DNA from: Squalus acanthias
Taxonomy: Eukaryota
DNA: 64,000 nt
Assembly (NCBI GenBank): GCA_030390025.1
Contig: CM059432.1
Coordinates: 150,724,001-150,788,000 of the forward strand
Reading direction: 5' to 3'
This document shows, piece after piece, positions 51,395 to 63,074 of the stretch (the first letter of the stretch is position 1; each line of letters opens with the position of its first letter). The translations under genes and the position numbers were made by a program. Under the pieces are notes generated by a model. It was not told where the DNA came from, did no database searches, and saw nothing but the letters and a program-made list of their open reading frames with translations.

Positions 51395-51700
51395 GGCACC
51401 GCACTAGCATTCCAGAGGTTGACAGTTCAAATCCCATCATGGCAAGTTGGGAAATTGAATTTAGTAAAACCTGGTCATTTGTGGACTGGTACCCATTAAA
51501 ATAACAATGAAAAGCCGCCGGATTGTCGTTAAAAACCCAACTGATTCACTATTGTCCTTCAAGGAGGGGCACCTACCACCCACACCCAGTCTGGCCGACA
51601 GGTGACTCCAGTCCCACACTATGTAGTTGACTCTTAATATCCTCAAGGCAACAAATATGGCCTTGCCAACGTCGCCCACGTTCAGAGAACAAATATTTTT
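51395..51700 (+). mobile_element. tRNA-derived SINE (second family)
   Basis: GTTCAAATCCC B-box-like motif, AAAACCCAACTGATTCACTATTGTCCTTC core, LINE-shared tail. Confidence 0.7.
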
Positions 51701-51839
51701 AAAAAGGCATATATTAGTTCTCAGGCATCGAGACAGGTGCTCATCTGCTATTATGTGGCATTGCTATATATGGAAAATATACCAAACTGCTTAAGAGTTA
51801 TTTGTGCGCATTGGTACTTGCATATTTCCATAACCTACT

Positions 51840-53968
51840 ATTATTGCACAAGTAAAGAAGTGGCATATGAGAAACAAGGTACCTGGGATGCCAAAGATAG
51901 AAAACTAATATTGATGTAAGACAGTGAAGAAAATTTAGAAAACATTTTAGCGCACTGTAAGACAGCAGTAAATGAGCAATGACAGGCCTTCAAGGCGGAG
52001 CTAGTTCGAGTACAAACCAAGCATATTCTCATAAGGAGGAAAGATGGGGCATCCAAAGCTACAGCTCCCTGGATGAAAAAGGAAAGCAAGATTAAAATAA
52101 AACAAAAAAAAAGCAGGTTTATTACAAATGTAGGTACAGTTGAAAACCAGGCAGAATACAGAGTGCAGGGGGGAATTGAAAAATGATAAGAAGAACAAGG
52201 AAAGAATATGAGAAAAGATTAACAGGTAACATAAAAGGGAACCCAAAAATGTTTTATAAACATATTAAAAAAAAGGATTGTTAAAGGAATGGTAGGCCGA
52301 TTAGGGAGGAAATCTTCTTGTGGAGACAGAGGGCATGACTGAGGTACTGAATGAGTACTTTGCATCTGTCTTCACAAAAGAAGACAATGAAGTTAATGTC
52401 ACAGTAGAGAAGGGGGGAGTAGAGATATTGATTAGGATAAAAATAGATAGAAAAGGAGGTGTTAAATAGGCTGGCATCACGCAACGTTAACAAGTCACCT
52501 GGTCCAGATGGGATGCATCCTCAGTTGCTGAGGGAAGCAAGGGTGGAGATAGCAGAATCTCTGACCACAATCTTTCAATCCTCCTTGGATGTGGGGGTGG
52601 TGTCAGAGGACTGGAGGATTGCAAATGTTACACGCCCGTTCAAAAAAAGGGGCGGGGGTTAAACCTGGTAACTACAGGCCAATCAGTCTAATGTCAATGG
52701 TTGGAAAACTACTAGAAACCAATGTCAAGGACAAAATTAATTCTCACTTGGAGAAGCATGGGTTAATAAGGGACATCCAGCATGGATTTGTTAAAGGCAA
52801 ATCGTGTCTGACTAACCTGATTGAGTTCTTTGATGAAGTAACAGAGAGGGTTGATAAAGGTAGTGCGGTTATGTTATATATACGGACTTTCAAAAGGCAT
52901 TTGATAAAATACCACATAACAGACTTACTCGGAAAATAGAAGCACAGGGGATTAAAGGGACGATGGTAACTTGGGTATGTAATTGGCTGAGGGATAGGAG
53001 GCAGAGAACAGTGATGACTAATGTTTTTATGACTGGAGAGAAGTATGTAGTGGGGTCGGTATGAGGGCCATTGCTTTTCTTGTTATATATAAATGACTCA
53101 AACTTGGGTATAGGGAGTACAATTTTGAAGTTTGCAGAGGATACCAAACTTGGCAACATAGCAAATAGTGAGGAAGGTAGTAACAGACTTCAGGAGGGCA
53201 TAGACAGTCTGTTGACAGGCACATGGCAGATGCAATTTAATGCAGATACGTGTGAAATGATGCACTTTTGGAGAAACAACATAGGGAGGCAGTATAATCT
53301 AAATGGTACTACTCTGAGGGGGATGCAAAAGCAGAGGGACCTGGGGTACATATTCACAAATCTTTGAAGGTGGCAGGGCAAGTTGATATGGCAGTTAAGA
53401 TAGTGTATGGGATACTTGGCTTTGTAAATAGGGACATTGAATACAAAAGCAAGGAAGTCATGCTGAACCTTTACAAATCACTGGTTAGGCCTCACCTGGA
53501 GTATTGTGTACAGTTCTGGGCACCACACTTTAGGAAGGATATCAAGGCTTTGGTGAGGAGGTTTACCAGGATGATACAAGGGACGAGGGATTTCAGTTAT
53601 GTGGAGAGGTATTCTGAATTATGAGGAGTTTTGATAGGGCAAATAGGGAGAAACAGTTTCCTCTGGCAAGTTAGTCGGTAACCAGTGGTCATAGATTTAA
53701 CATAATTAGCAAAAGAACTAGAGGGGAAAGGAGGAGAATTTTTTTCAGAGGGTTGGTAAGATCTGGAATGCACTACCTGAAAGGGTGGTGGAATCAGATT
53801 CCATTGTAACTTTCAAAAGGCCATTGGACATGTACTTGAAGAGGACTAATTTGCAGGGTTATGGGGAAAAAGCTGGGGTGTGGGACTAAATTGGACAGCT
53901 CTTTCAAAGAGCCGGCACAGACACGACGGGCCAAATGACCTCCTTCTATGCTGTAAGATTCTATTATT
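51840..53968 (+). mobile_element. Older CR1 LINE ORF2 3' half, decayed
   Basis: KSPGPDGMHP, PGNYRPISL, QHGFVKGKSCLTNLIEFFDEV, KFAEDTKLG, LVRPHLEYCVQFW. Confidence 0.93.
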
Positions 53969-54229
53969 TATTCTGTGACTGTTCTAAGTCAGAATATAAA
54001 AGGGCAGTCAGTGTCCTCTATTACACAATCTCCAACTATATTGCATGAACGTGATGGGACCACAACCACAAGAAGCAGTAGTCATTAGAACATGTATATG
54101 CAAATAAATTGCCAGAACAGAAATGACAAAATCTACAGTAAATCACATTTTAGAGCAAGAATTTATATTAAGCATTACATACAAAGCTAGAAGTGAAAAA
54201 TTATATTTTTAAAAATTATATTCTATACA

Positions 54230-54669
54230 CGGCTTTGGTAGCTTCACAGTTACGGTACTGGACGAGCAACCCAGAGGTAATGAATTCAAATCCACTGTGG
54301 CAAGATGTGAAATTGAATTAATTAAAGCTGGTAATTTGTGCACGACTACCAGAAAGTAACCATGGAAGCTGCAGGATTGTTGTAAAACCTTATATTCATT
54401 CTCGGAATGTAGGCATCCCTGGCGGTGGGCCTTCTCCTTGAACTATTGTGTCAAACTGCAGTTTGATACAACTGAGCGACTTGCTAGCCTATTTCAGAGG
54501 GCAGTTAGGAGTCAACAGCATTGGTGTGCGACTGGAGCCACATATAGGCCAGATCAAGTAAGAACAGCAGATTTCCTTCCCTAAAGGGAAGATGGGTTTT
54601 TGCAACAATCCCATATTTTTACTTCAGTTTAAATTCTCAAACTGCCATCTTAGGATTTGAACTCACATT
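54230..54669. mobile_element. Two tail-to-tail SINE fragments; the minus copy is split by the CR1 and resumes at about 56020-56075
   Basis: GGATTTGAACTCAC...GGATTATTAATCCAG is continuous across the CR1, as in intact copies of this SINE family. Confidence 0.6.
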
Positions 54670-56020
54670 AAGAACATAAGAAATAGGAGCAGGAATAGGC
54701 CACTTGGCCCCTCGAGCCTGCTCTGCCATTCAATAAGATCATGGCTGATCTTGGGCTCAAAGCCACTTCCCAGCCCGCTCCCCATAACCCTTCACTCCCT
54801 TATCTTGCAAAAATTTGTCTATCTCCACTGTAAATGTATTTAATGACCCAGCCTCCACAGCTCTCTGGGGCAGAGAATTCCACAAATTTACGACCCTCAG
54901 AGAAGAAGGGCGACCCTTTATTCTGAGACTGTGCCCCCCCCCCCCCCCCAAGTTCTAGATTTCCCCACGAGGGGAAACATCCTCTCTGCATCTACCCTGT
55001 CGAGCCCCCTCAGTATCTTATATGTTTCAATATGATCACCTCTCATTCTTCTAAATTCCAATGAGTATAGGCCCAGCCTGCTCAACCTTTCCTCATAAGT
55101 CAAACCCCTCATCTCTGGAATTAACCTAGTGAATCGTCTCTGAACTGCCTCCAATGCAAGTATATCCTTCCTTAAATAAGGAGACCAAAACTGTACCCAG
55201 TACTCAAGGTGTGGTATCACCAATACCTTGTACAGTTGTAGCAGGACTTCCCTGCTTTTATATTCCAACCCCCTTGAAATAAAGGCCAACATTCCATTTG
55301 CCTTTTTGATTACTTGCTGTACCTGCATGCTAACTTTTTGTGTTTCATGCACAAGGACCCCCAGGTCCCTCTGAACTGTAGCATTTTGTAATCTCTCTCC
55401 ATTTAAATAAGTTTGCTTTTTTATTTTTCCTGCCGAAGTGGATAACCTCGCACTTTCCCACATTATACTCCATCTGCCAAATGTTTGCCCACTCACCTAG
55501 CCTGTCTATATCCTTTTGCAGATTCTTTGAGTCCTCTGCACAACTTGCTTTCCCACCCATCTTTGTATCATCCGCAAACTTGGCTACATTACACTCGATC
55601 CCTTCATCCAAGTCATTAATGTAGATTGTAAATAGTTGGGGCGTCAGCACCGATCCTTGCGGCACCCCACTAGTTACCGTTTGCCAACCAGAAAATGACC
55701 CATTTATCCCAACTCTCTGCTTTCTGTTAGTTAGCCAATTCTCTATCCATGCTAATATATTACCCCCAACTCCGTGAGCTCTTATCTTATGCAGTAACCT
55801 TTTATGTGGCACCTTATCGAAAGCCTTCTGGAAATCCAAATACACCACATCCACTGGCTCACCCTTGTCCACCCTGCTTGTTACATCCTCAAAGAACTCC
55901 AGCAAATTTGTTAAACATGATTTCCCTTGCCTAAAACCATGCTGACTTTGTTTGACTGCAGTATGTTTTTCTAAATGCCCTGCTACTGCTTCCTTAATGA
56001 AGGACTCCAGCATTTTCCCA
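54670..56020 (-). mobile_element. 5'-truncated CR1 LINE (RT domain to TTCTTATG-type tail)
   Basis: QHGFRQGKSCLTNLLEFFEDV, YLDFQKAFDKVPH, SGVPQGSVL, KFADDTK; frameshift near 55400. Confidence 0.95.
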
Positions 56021-56354
56021 ACTGTGGATTATTAATCCAGGCCACTGAATTACTTGTTCAGGAACATAATCACTGTACCCAAAACTCAGGAAAGTTAACC
56101 TGCCATCCCTGTGACTCCAGTCCCACATTATGTGGTTCACTCATAATGTCCTCAGAGCAACAAGCAATAAATGCTACCTTGCCAGTGTCACCAATATCCC
56201 AATAATAAATAAAAGGGTAAACACTTAAGAACTTTGTGTTGTTGAACAACCCATTTTTACCTCTATAGAAACATGAATTACCAGAGTAGATCTAAAGTAC
56301 AACACAACAGGATCATTCATTTATATCGTGTCTCTGACATAGAAAATTATGATG

Positions 56355-56531
56355 CGGAGATGCCGGTGTTGGACTGGGGTGGACAAAATTGAGAGGTCGC
56401 ACAACACCAGGTTATAGTCCAACAGTTTTATTTGAAATCACAAGCTTTCGGAGCTATCGATCGCCCCTTCCAAAAGCTTGTGATTTCAAATAAAACTGTT
56501 GGACTATAACCTGGTGTTGTGCGACCTCTCA
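56355..56531. mobile_element. Miniature inverted Penelope pLTR insertion
   Basis: ~59-bp perfect inverted arms (56389-56447 / 56474-56532); TSD ATAGAAAATTATGATG / ATAGAAAATTGTCATG. Confidence 0.88.
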
Positions 56532-56851
56532 ATAGAAAATTGTCATGTCGGCACCCAGGCCTTTTCAAACAGCACGGAGGAAAAGAGAAACAGACGCCAA
56601 GGCTTTCTGGGACAATTTTATTGGACCATTAGCTCCATGAGAGCAAAATTAGAGGCTTATTTTTCTCCCAATGTAAAAGAAAGGTGCAGTTGCCATGTGC
56701 CAATACCGCACTTTGGGAAGTGGAATCTGAAACAATCAACCCTCAAACACAAGAGTAAAGACAGAAATGTTGAATTTCTCTCAAATAAACTCTACTGAAT
56801 AACATGCAACTAGACTCACTTTCTTAATGCTGTTGTCGGTCCTGCTAACAC

Positions 56852-59685
56852 TGCAACAACTTGTATCTACATAGCGCCCTTAACGTAGTAAAACGCCCCA
56901 AGGCGCTTCACATGAGTATTATAAGACAAAAATTTGACACCGAGCCACATAAAGAGAAATTCAGCCTGATGACCAAAAGCTTGGTCGAAGAGGTTGGTTT
57001 TAAGGAGCGTCTTAAAGGAAGAAAGAGAGGTAGAGAGGTTTAGGCAGGGAATTCCAGAGCTTAGGACCTAGGCAGCTGAATGCACGGCCACCAATGGCGG
57101 AGCGATTATAATCAGGGATGCTCAAGAGGGCAGAATTAGAGGAGAGCAGATATTTCGGGGGATTGTGGGGCTGCAGGAGATTACAGAGATAGGGAGGGGT
57201 GAGGCCATGGAGGGATTTGAAAACAAGGATGAGAATTTTGAAATCGAGGCGTTGCTTAACCAGGAGCCAATGTAGGTCAGCGAGCACAGGGGTGATGGGT
57301 GAACGGGACTTGATACGAGTTAGGACACAGGCAGCCGAGTTTTGGGTGTCCTCAAGTTTACGTAGGGTATAATGTGGGAGGCCAGCCAGGAGTGCGTTGC
57401 AAGAGTCAAGTCTAGAGCTAACAAAGGCATGGATGAGGGTTTCAGTAGCGGATGAGCTGAGGCAAGGGCGGAGACGGGCGATGTTATGGAGGTGGAAATA
57501 GGCGGTCTTAGTTAGGCCGCGGATATGCGGTCAGAAGCTCATTTCAGGGTCAAATAGGACACCAAGGGTGAAAACAGTGTGGCTCAGCCTCAGACAGATG
57601 TTTGGGAGAGGGATGGAGTCAGTGGCTCGAAATGCAGTTTGTGGCGGGAAGCGAAAACAATGGCTTCGGTCTTCCCAATATTTAATTGGAGAAAATTCCT
57701 GCTCATTCAGTACTGGATGTCGGACAAGCAGTCTGACAATTTAGAGACCGTGGAAGGGTCGAGAGAAGTGGTGGTGAGGTAGTGCTGGGTGTCGTCAGCA
57801 TACATGTGTTTTCGGATGATGTCGCCAAGGGGCAGCATGTAGATGAGAAATAGGAGAGTTCCAAGGATAGATCCTTGGTGGACACCAGAGATAACGATGC
57901 GGAAGCAGGCTACGATTAGATAGATAAGGTGAGTGCAGTCCCACCCAACTGAACGACGGTGGAAAGGCATTGGAGGAGGATGGAGTGGTCAACCGTGTCA
58001 AAGGCTGCAGACTAGTCGAGAAGGACGAGGAGGGATAGTTTACCTTTGTCACAATCACAAAGGACATCATTTGTGACTTTGATGAGAGCCATTTCGGTAC
58101 TGTAACAGGGGTGGAAACCCGATTGGAGGGATTCAAACATGGAGTTGCGGGAAAGATGGGCACAGATATGGGAGGCGACAACACGCTTAAGGACTTGAGA
58201 GGAAAGGGAGGTTGGAGATGGGGCGGTAGTTTGCAAGGACGGAGGGGGTCAAGGGTTGTTTTTTTTGAGGAGAGGGGTGATGACAGCAGATTTGAAGGAG
58301 AGGGGGGACAGTACCTGAGGAGAGAGAACCGTTAACAATGTCAGCTAACAGAAAATGGAGTTGGGTGGTCAGCAGTTTGGTGGGAATGGGGTCAAGGGAG
58401 CAGGAAGTGGGTCTCATGAACAAGATGAGCGTGGAGAGGTCATGAGGGGAGATTGGAGAGAAACTGGAGAAAGATGTGAGTTCAGGGCTAGGACAGGAGG
58501 GAACCTTAGAGGAAGTTTGGCCCAGTGGGCTAGGGGAAGGAAGCGAAGTGGCAGAGCCAGCTGAACGGATGGTCTCAATCTTAGAGACAAAGAAGTCCAT
58601 GAGATCCTCACACTTGTTGACGGAGATGAGGGTGGAGGAGACAGAGGAGAGGGGTTTAAGGCGGCGGCTAGCAGTAGAAAATAGACGTTGGGGTTTACCT
58701 TTGCATTCCAGAATGATTCTGGAATAGTGAGCAATTTTGGCAGACGAAAGCAGGACCCGATAATGTTTTATGTGGTCCAGCCAGATCTGGCAGTGAATGG
58801 TTAAACCAGTTGTCTGCCATATCCGTTCAAGTCTGGCAGACTTAAGGGAGTGAAGATGAGGGCCGTACCAGGGGGAACAGCCAGGGTGAGAGAGGGTAAT
58901 TGTTTTAATAGGGACTAGGGCATCAAAGGTGGTGGTGAGGGGGTGGTTGAGCAGGCCGGTAGCTGTAGAAATGTTGTGGTGAATGAAGGGGCAAAGGCTG
59001 GACAGTTGGGATTTCGTAAGTGCAGTTGTAAGAGAGTTGGGAGAGAGTTTTTTCCAGGGGTAGACACAGTGGGAAGTAGGTTTGGGTGGGGGGGGGGGGG
59101 GAGGGAGGGCGAAGGGGAATGTGGGTGGAGAGCAGGGGTCAGAGATGGTCTTATCTGCAAACGACACGATGGGAAAATCAAGCCCACGAGAGATGGCAAG
59201 GTCGAGGGGGTGGCCGTGAATATGGGTTGGGACGTTTACATGGAGGGAGAGATTAAGGGAGGATAGGAGTGCAGTGAACACAGTAGAGAATGCATGATGA
59301 ATTGAGATGGAGGTTGAAATCACCGAGGATGAGAAGTCACTCGGTGCAGAGACTGAGGGAGGAAAGCAGTGAAGACATCTCGGTAATAAATTTTTTATGC
59401 TACTTGGGTGGGCGGTAGAGAACAAGAATTTTAAATGGGAGGTAAGAGGGATGGAATGAGGCGAGATGCTCAAAGGAAGAGAAAGTGCCGGAGGAGTATG
59501 GGGACAGACCAAAGTGTGATTTGGTGATGAGATCCACACTGCCACCACGGTATTCTGGGCGGTGGAAGGTATAGCCAGGCAGGGAAGCTTCATTTAAGGG
59601 CAAGGTGTCATCCCCCCTCACCAAGTTTCCGTCAGGGCCATGATGTCAATGCAATCATCCACGATAAGCTCATGGATGGCAAGGA
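56852..59685 (-). mobile_element. L2 LINE, most of ORF2 (APE + RT) with frameshifts; empty Harbinger target site at about 57649-57671
   Basis: ILVLYRPPK, PTHIHGHPLDLAISRG, SCSLDPIPT, ANYRPISNLPFLS, QSGFHPCYSTEMAL, YADDTQ. Confidence 0.94.
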
Positions 59686-59774
59686 TGAACTATCAGAGCA
59701 CAGGCTTTCATACAACACAACAAAATCTCACTCACAATACATGAACTGTGTGACAGCGATAACCTCCTCTTACG

Positions 59775-60197
59775 GTGTCAGCCACAGCTCAATGGTAGCA
59801 CTCGGAGTCAGAGGGTTGGGGGTTCAAGTCCCACTCCAGCGACTTGAGCACAAAACCTAGGCGGATACTCGTGGGCAGTAGTGAGGAAGTGCTGCCATTC
59901 TGATGAGATGGTAAACCAAGGCACCGTCTGCCCGCTCAGGTGAATGCAAAAGATCCCATGGCACTATTGCCAAGAACAGCAGGGGAGATCTCCCCAGTGT
60001 ACTGGCAAAAATTTATCACTAAAACAAAATATCGTGACATTATCACATCGCGGTTAGTGGGACTTGGCCGTATGCAAACTGGTTGATGCCTTTCCGAGAT
60101 TACAACAGTGACTACACATCAAAAGTACTTCCTTGGCTGTAAAGCACTTTGGGGCATCCTGAGATCGTCAAAGGTGCTATAAAGATCTAAGTTCTTT
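59775..60197 (+). mobile_element. Deu-domain SINE (SacSINE1-like)
   Basis: A box-like CAGCTCAATGG, B box GGTTCAAGTCCC, AAGATCCCATGGCACTATT block, L2-like tail. Confidence 0.8.
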
Positions 60198-60229
60198 CTT
60201 CGGTCATCTGCTATAATACAGACAACCCC

Positions 60230-61406
60230 ACTTACACTGACAGTACTGACCCCTCACACAGTAACAGAGGCCAGCACACACCAAAAGCAGTGGTCCTTCA
60301 TACACTACATGACACACAGCTCCATCACACTGACAGCACTGGCCCCTCACACAGTAACACAGCCCCATCACACTGGCAGCACTGGCCCCTCACACAGTAA
60401 CACAGCCCCATCACACTGGCAGCACTGGCCCCTCACACAGTAACACAGCCCCATCACACTGGCAGCACTGGCCCCTCACACAGTAACACAGCCCCATCAC
60501 ACTGGCAGCACTGGCCCCTCACACAGTAACACAGCCCCATCACACTGGCACCTCACACAGTAACACAGCCCCATCACACTGGCAGCACTGGCCCCTCACA
60601 CAGTAACACAGCCCCATCACACTGGCAGCACTGGCCCCTCACACAGTAACACAGCCCCATCACACTGGCAGCACTGGCCCCTCACACAGTAACACAGCCC
60701 CATCACACTGGCACCTCACACAGTAACACAGCCCCATCACACTGGCAGCACTGGCCCCTCACACAGCAAAACACAGCCCCATCACACTGGCAGCACTGGC
60801 CCCTCACACAGTAACACAGCCCCATCACACTGGCAGCACTGGCCCCTCACACAGTAACACAGCCCCATCACACTGGCAGCACTGGCCCCTCACACAGTAA
60901 CACAGCCCCATCACACTGGCAGCACTGGCCCCTCACAGTGACACTGGCCCCTCACACTGGAGCACTGGCCCCTCACAGTGACACTGGCCCCTCACACTGG
61001 AGCGCTGGCCCCTCGCACTGGCCCCTCACAGTGACACTGGCCCCTCACACTGGAGCACTGGCCCCTCACAGTGACACTGGCCCCTCACACTGGAGCGCTG
61101 GCCCCTCACAGTGACACTGGCCCCTCACACTGGAGCGCTGGCCCCTCGCACTGGCCCCTCACAGTGACACTGGCCCCTCACACTGGAGCACTGGCCCCTC
61201 ACAGTGACACTGGCCCCTCACACTGGAGCACTGGCCCCTCACAGTGACACTGGCCCCTCACACTGGAGCACTGGCCCCTCACAGTGACACTGGCCCCTCA
61301 CACTGGAGCACTGGCCCCTCACCCTGTCAGCACAGTCCCCTCACACTGGAGCACTGGCCCCTCACAGTGACACTGGCCCCTCACCCTGTCAGCACAGGCC
61401 CCTCAC
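60230..61406. repeat. Compound minisatellite: 43-bp unit array followed by 40-bp unit array
   Basis: CAGCACTGGCCCCTCACACAGTAACACAGCCCCATCACACTGG to about 60935, then CACTGGCCCCTCACAGTGACACTGGCCCCTCACACTGGAG. Confidence 0.97.
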
Positions 61407-62060
61407 GGACTCTCTCCCCCGCCGCTCCCGCTCTTACCGCGGTGCCGCTCCGCTGTCTGTCAGTCTGTCAGCGCGGGGACCCGGCGCGCTCTGGCTCCGC
61501 TCGCTCCCGGCGCTCAGTGTGCGCGCGCGCGCGCCCGGCAGCTTTGAATTCTCAGCGGCGGTTTATCCCCGCGCGCTCCGCGCACGCGCACACACACGAG
61601 CTCGGGGGGGCGGGGCGAGAGGCTGCCTCTTTTGATGGCACCAACTTTTTTTTTCACCTTTTGATTAACCAAATCAACTGTAAATTAATAAAACTTTAAA
61701 TAAGACTTAACAAATTAAATTAAAGTTGTCTTGGCCGGGGTGATGACGCACTCCAGTCCCCCGGCGGCGCCCACGGGTCGCGGAAAAGCCTCGAGCGTGC
61801 CGGCGGACACCGCGTGCTCCGTCTCCAGGGCCACCCGGGCGCCAACATAGCCGCGGAAGAGAGGCGGGCAGTCGGGCCGAACGACCCCCTCGGACCACCC
61901 CAGGGGCGAGAGGGTGAGGGACGGCACCGAGGAGCTCCAAGCGGTGAGTGTACGTGCGTGCGGATGTATTTGCTTGACAGGCAGGCGCCACCTGCGCGAG
62001 TCCCTGGGCTGCAAGTGAGCCACACCTGCGAGCCCACCTGAGCAGCGGTGACCAGACCTG
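61405..62060. promoter_or_regulatory. CpG-island promoter
   Basis: Dense CpG with no transposon termini; NRF1-like GCGCACGCGC (~61580), GC box GGGGCGGGG (~61607), CRE-like TGACGCA (61744-61750). Confidence 0.85.
61438..61560 (-). other. Probable non-coding first exon of an unidentified host gene (5' end approximate)
   Basis: GCG|GTAAGA splice donor at 61437-61432 at the island edge; no ATG in the exon. Confidence 0.6.
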
Positions 62061-62179
62061 GGGGTTAATGTTTTGGGGGAGAACATCTCTGGGCTTCCTC
62101 ACAGTGCGTGGATGGAAATTTCCCCTCCAGACTGTAACTACTTCCCGTTTTCTCAGTTTAAAACAAGTAACATAGTTTC

Positions 62180-62642
62180 ATGCAAAAGCAAAATGCTGCG
62201 GATGCTGGAAATCTGAAATAAACACAGAAAACGCTGGAAACACTCAGCAGGCCAGGCAGCATCTGTGGAGAGAGAAACAGAGTTAACGTTTCAGGTCGAG
62301 ACCCTTCGTCAGAACTGGAGAAAGTTAGAGATGGAACAGGTTTTTAAGCAAGTGTAGGGGGCAGGGAAAGGGAGGAAAGAACAAAAGGGAAGGTCTGTGA
62401 TAGGATGCAGATTAAGAGACAAAAGGGATGATGGTGCAAGGCAAAAGGAGATGGTAATGGGACAAGTTAAGAAACAAAAGATGACTCTTGATGAGGTGTA
62501 AATGCAATGGCAGAATGATTGACAGCTGCCATGTGAGAGAGAAAAAAAATGAAAAAAAGATAGGGGGGCAAAGGTTATGGTCTGTTTCTCTACAGATGCT
62601 GCCTGACCTGCTGAGTATTTCCAGCATTTTCTGTTTTTATTT
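62180..62642 (-). mobile_element. Penelope pLTR fragment with short inverted pLTR end (62580-62642)
   Basis: 62580-62642 is the approximate reverse complement of 62215-62281. Confidence 0.85.
62281..62316 (-). ncRNA. Minimal type I hammerhead ribozyme
   Basis: On minus: AGTT-CTGACGA-AGGGTC-tc-GACCT-GAAA-CG-TT-AACT. Confidence 0.8.
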
Positions 62643-63074
62643 GGGTGGTGATATGAATTTTTGGCTGGTGCATCTGTCTGTCTGCTCTTCAGGTCTCTGG
62701 TTCTTGGTGCTGAAGACAGTGATGTTAATCTGGCTCCATTGCATACCCGGGGGGGCAAGCCTTTGAATCCAGAGTTAGTTCACAGGTGAAAGGAAGCAAA
62801 TAGCACCACGCAGACAAATGGGATGATTGTATTCAATGGGCTTGCGATACTTGTATTCCAAAGAGTGGTCTCAATTATTTTAACTTTTTAAAAATTGTAT
62901 TTGTATTATTTGTTGAGGTTGAGTTGGTTCCAAGATGACACACCCGGGGATGGGAGATTAGAATCAAGCTGATTTTCTGTGGCAGGCTTGGTGATCCAAT
63001 ATCTGAGCAAGGAGCTCTGCACTTTTTAAGGCACGAGTGACGATTGGCCAGCCTGCCATTGATTGGATGTTATA

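Noticed and set aside
58187..59593. Longest ORF (468 aa) as a host gene
   Set aside because: It is frameshifted L2 ORF2 sequence.
59775..59850. tRNA gene
   Set aside because: The A/B boxes belong to a SINE head and there is no complete cloverleaf.
60330..61380. CRISPR-like array or V(D)J recombination signal array (repeated CACAGTG heptamers)
   Set aside because: Units are head-to-tail with no unique spacers and there are no cas genes. No ACAAAAACC nonamer lies at 12 or 23 bp and no Ig/TCR segments are present.
61244..62102. ORFs of 105-151 aa across the minisatellite and CpG island
   Set aside because: Long stop-free frames are expected in GC-rich or repetitive DNA, and no protein motifs are present.
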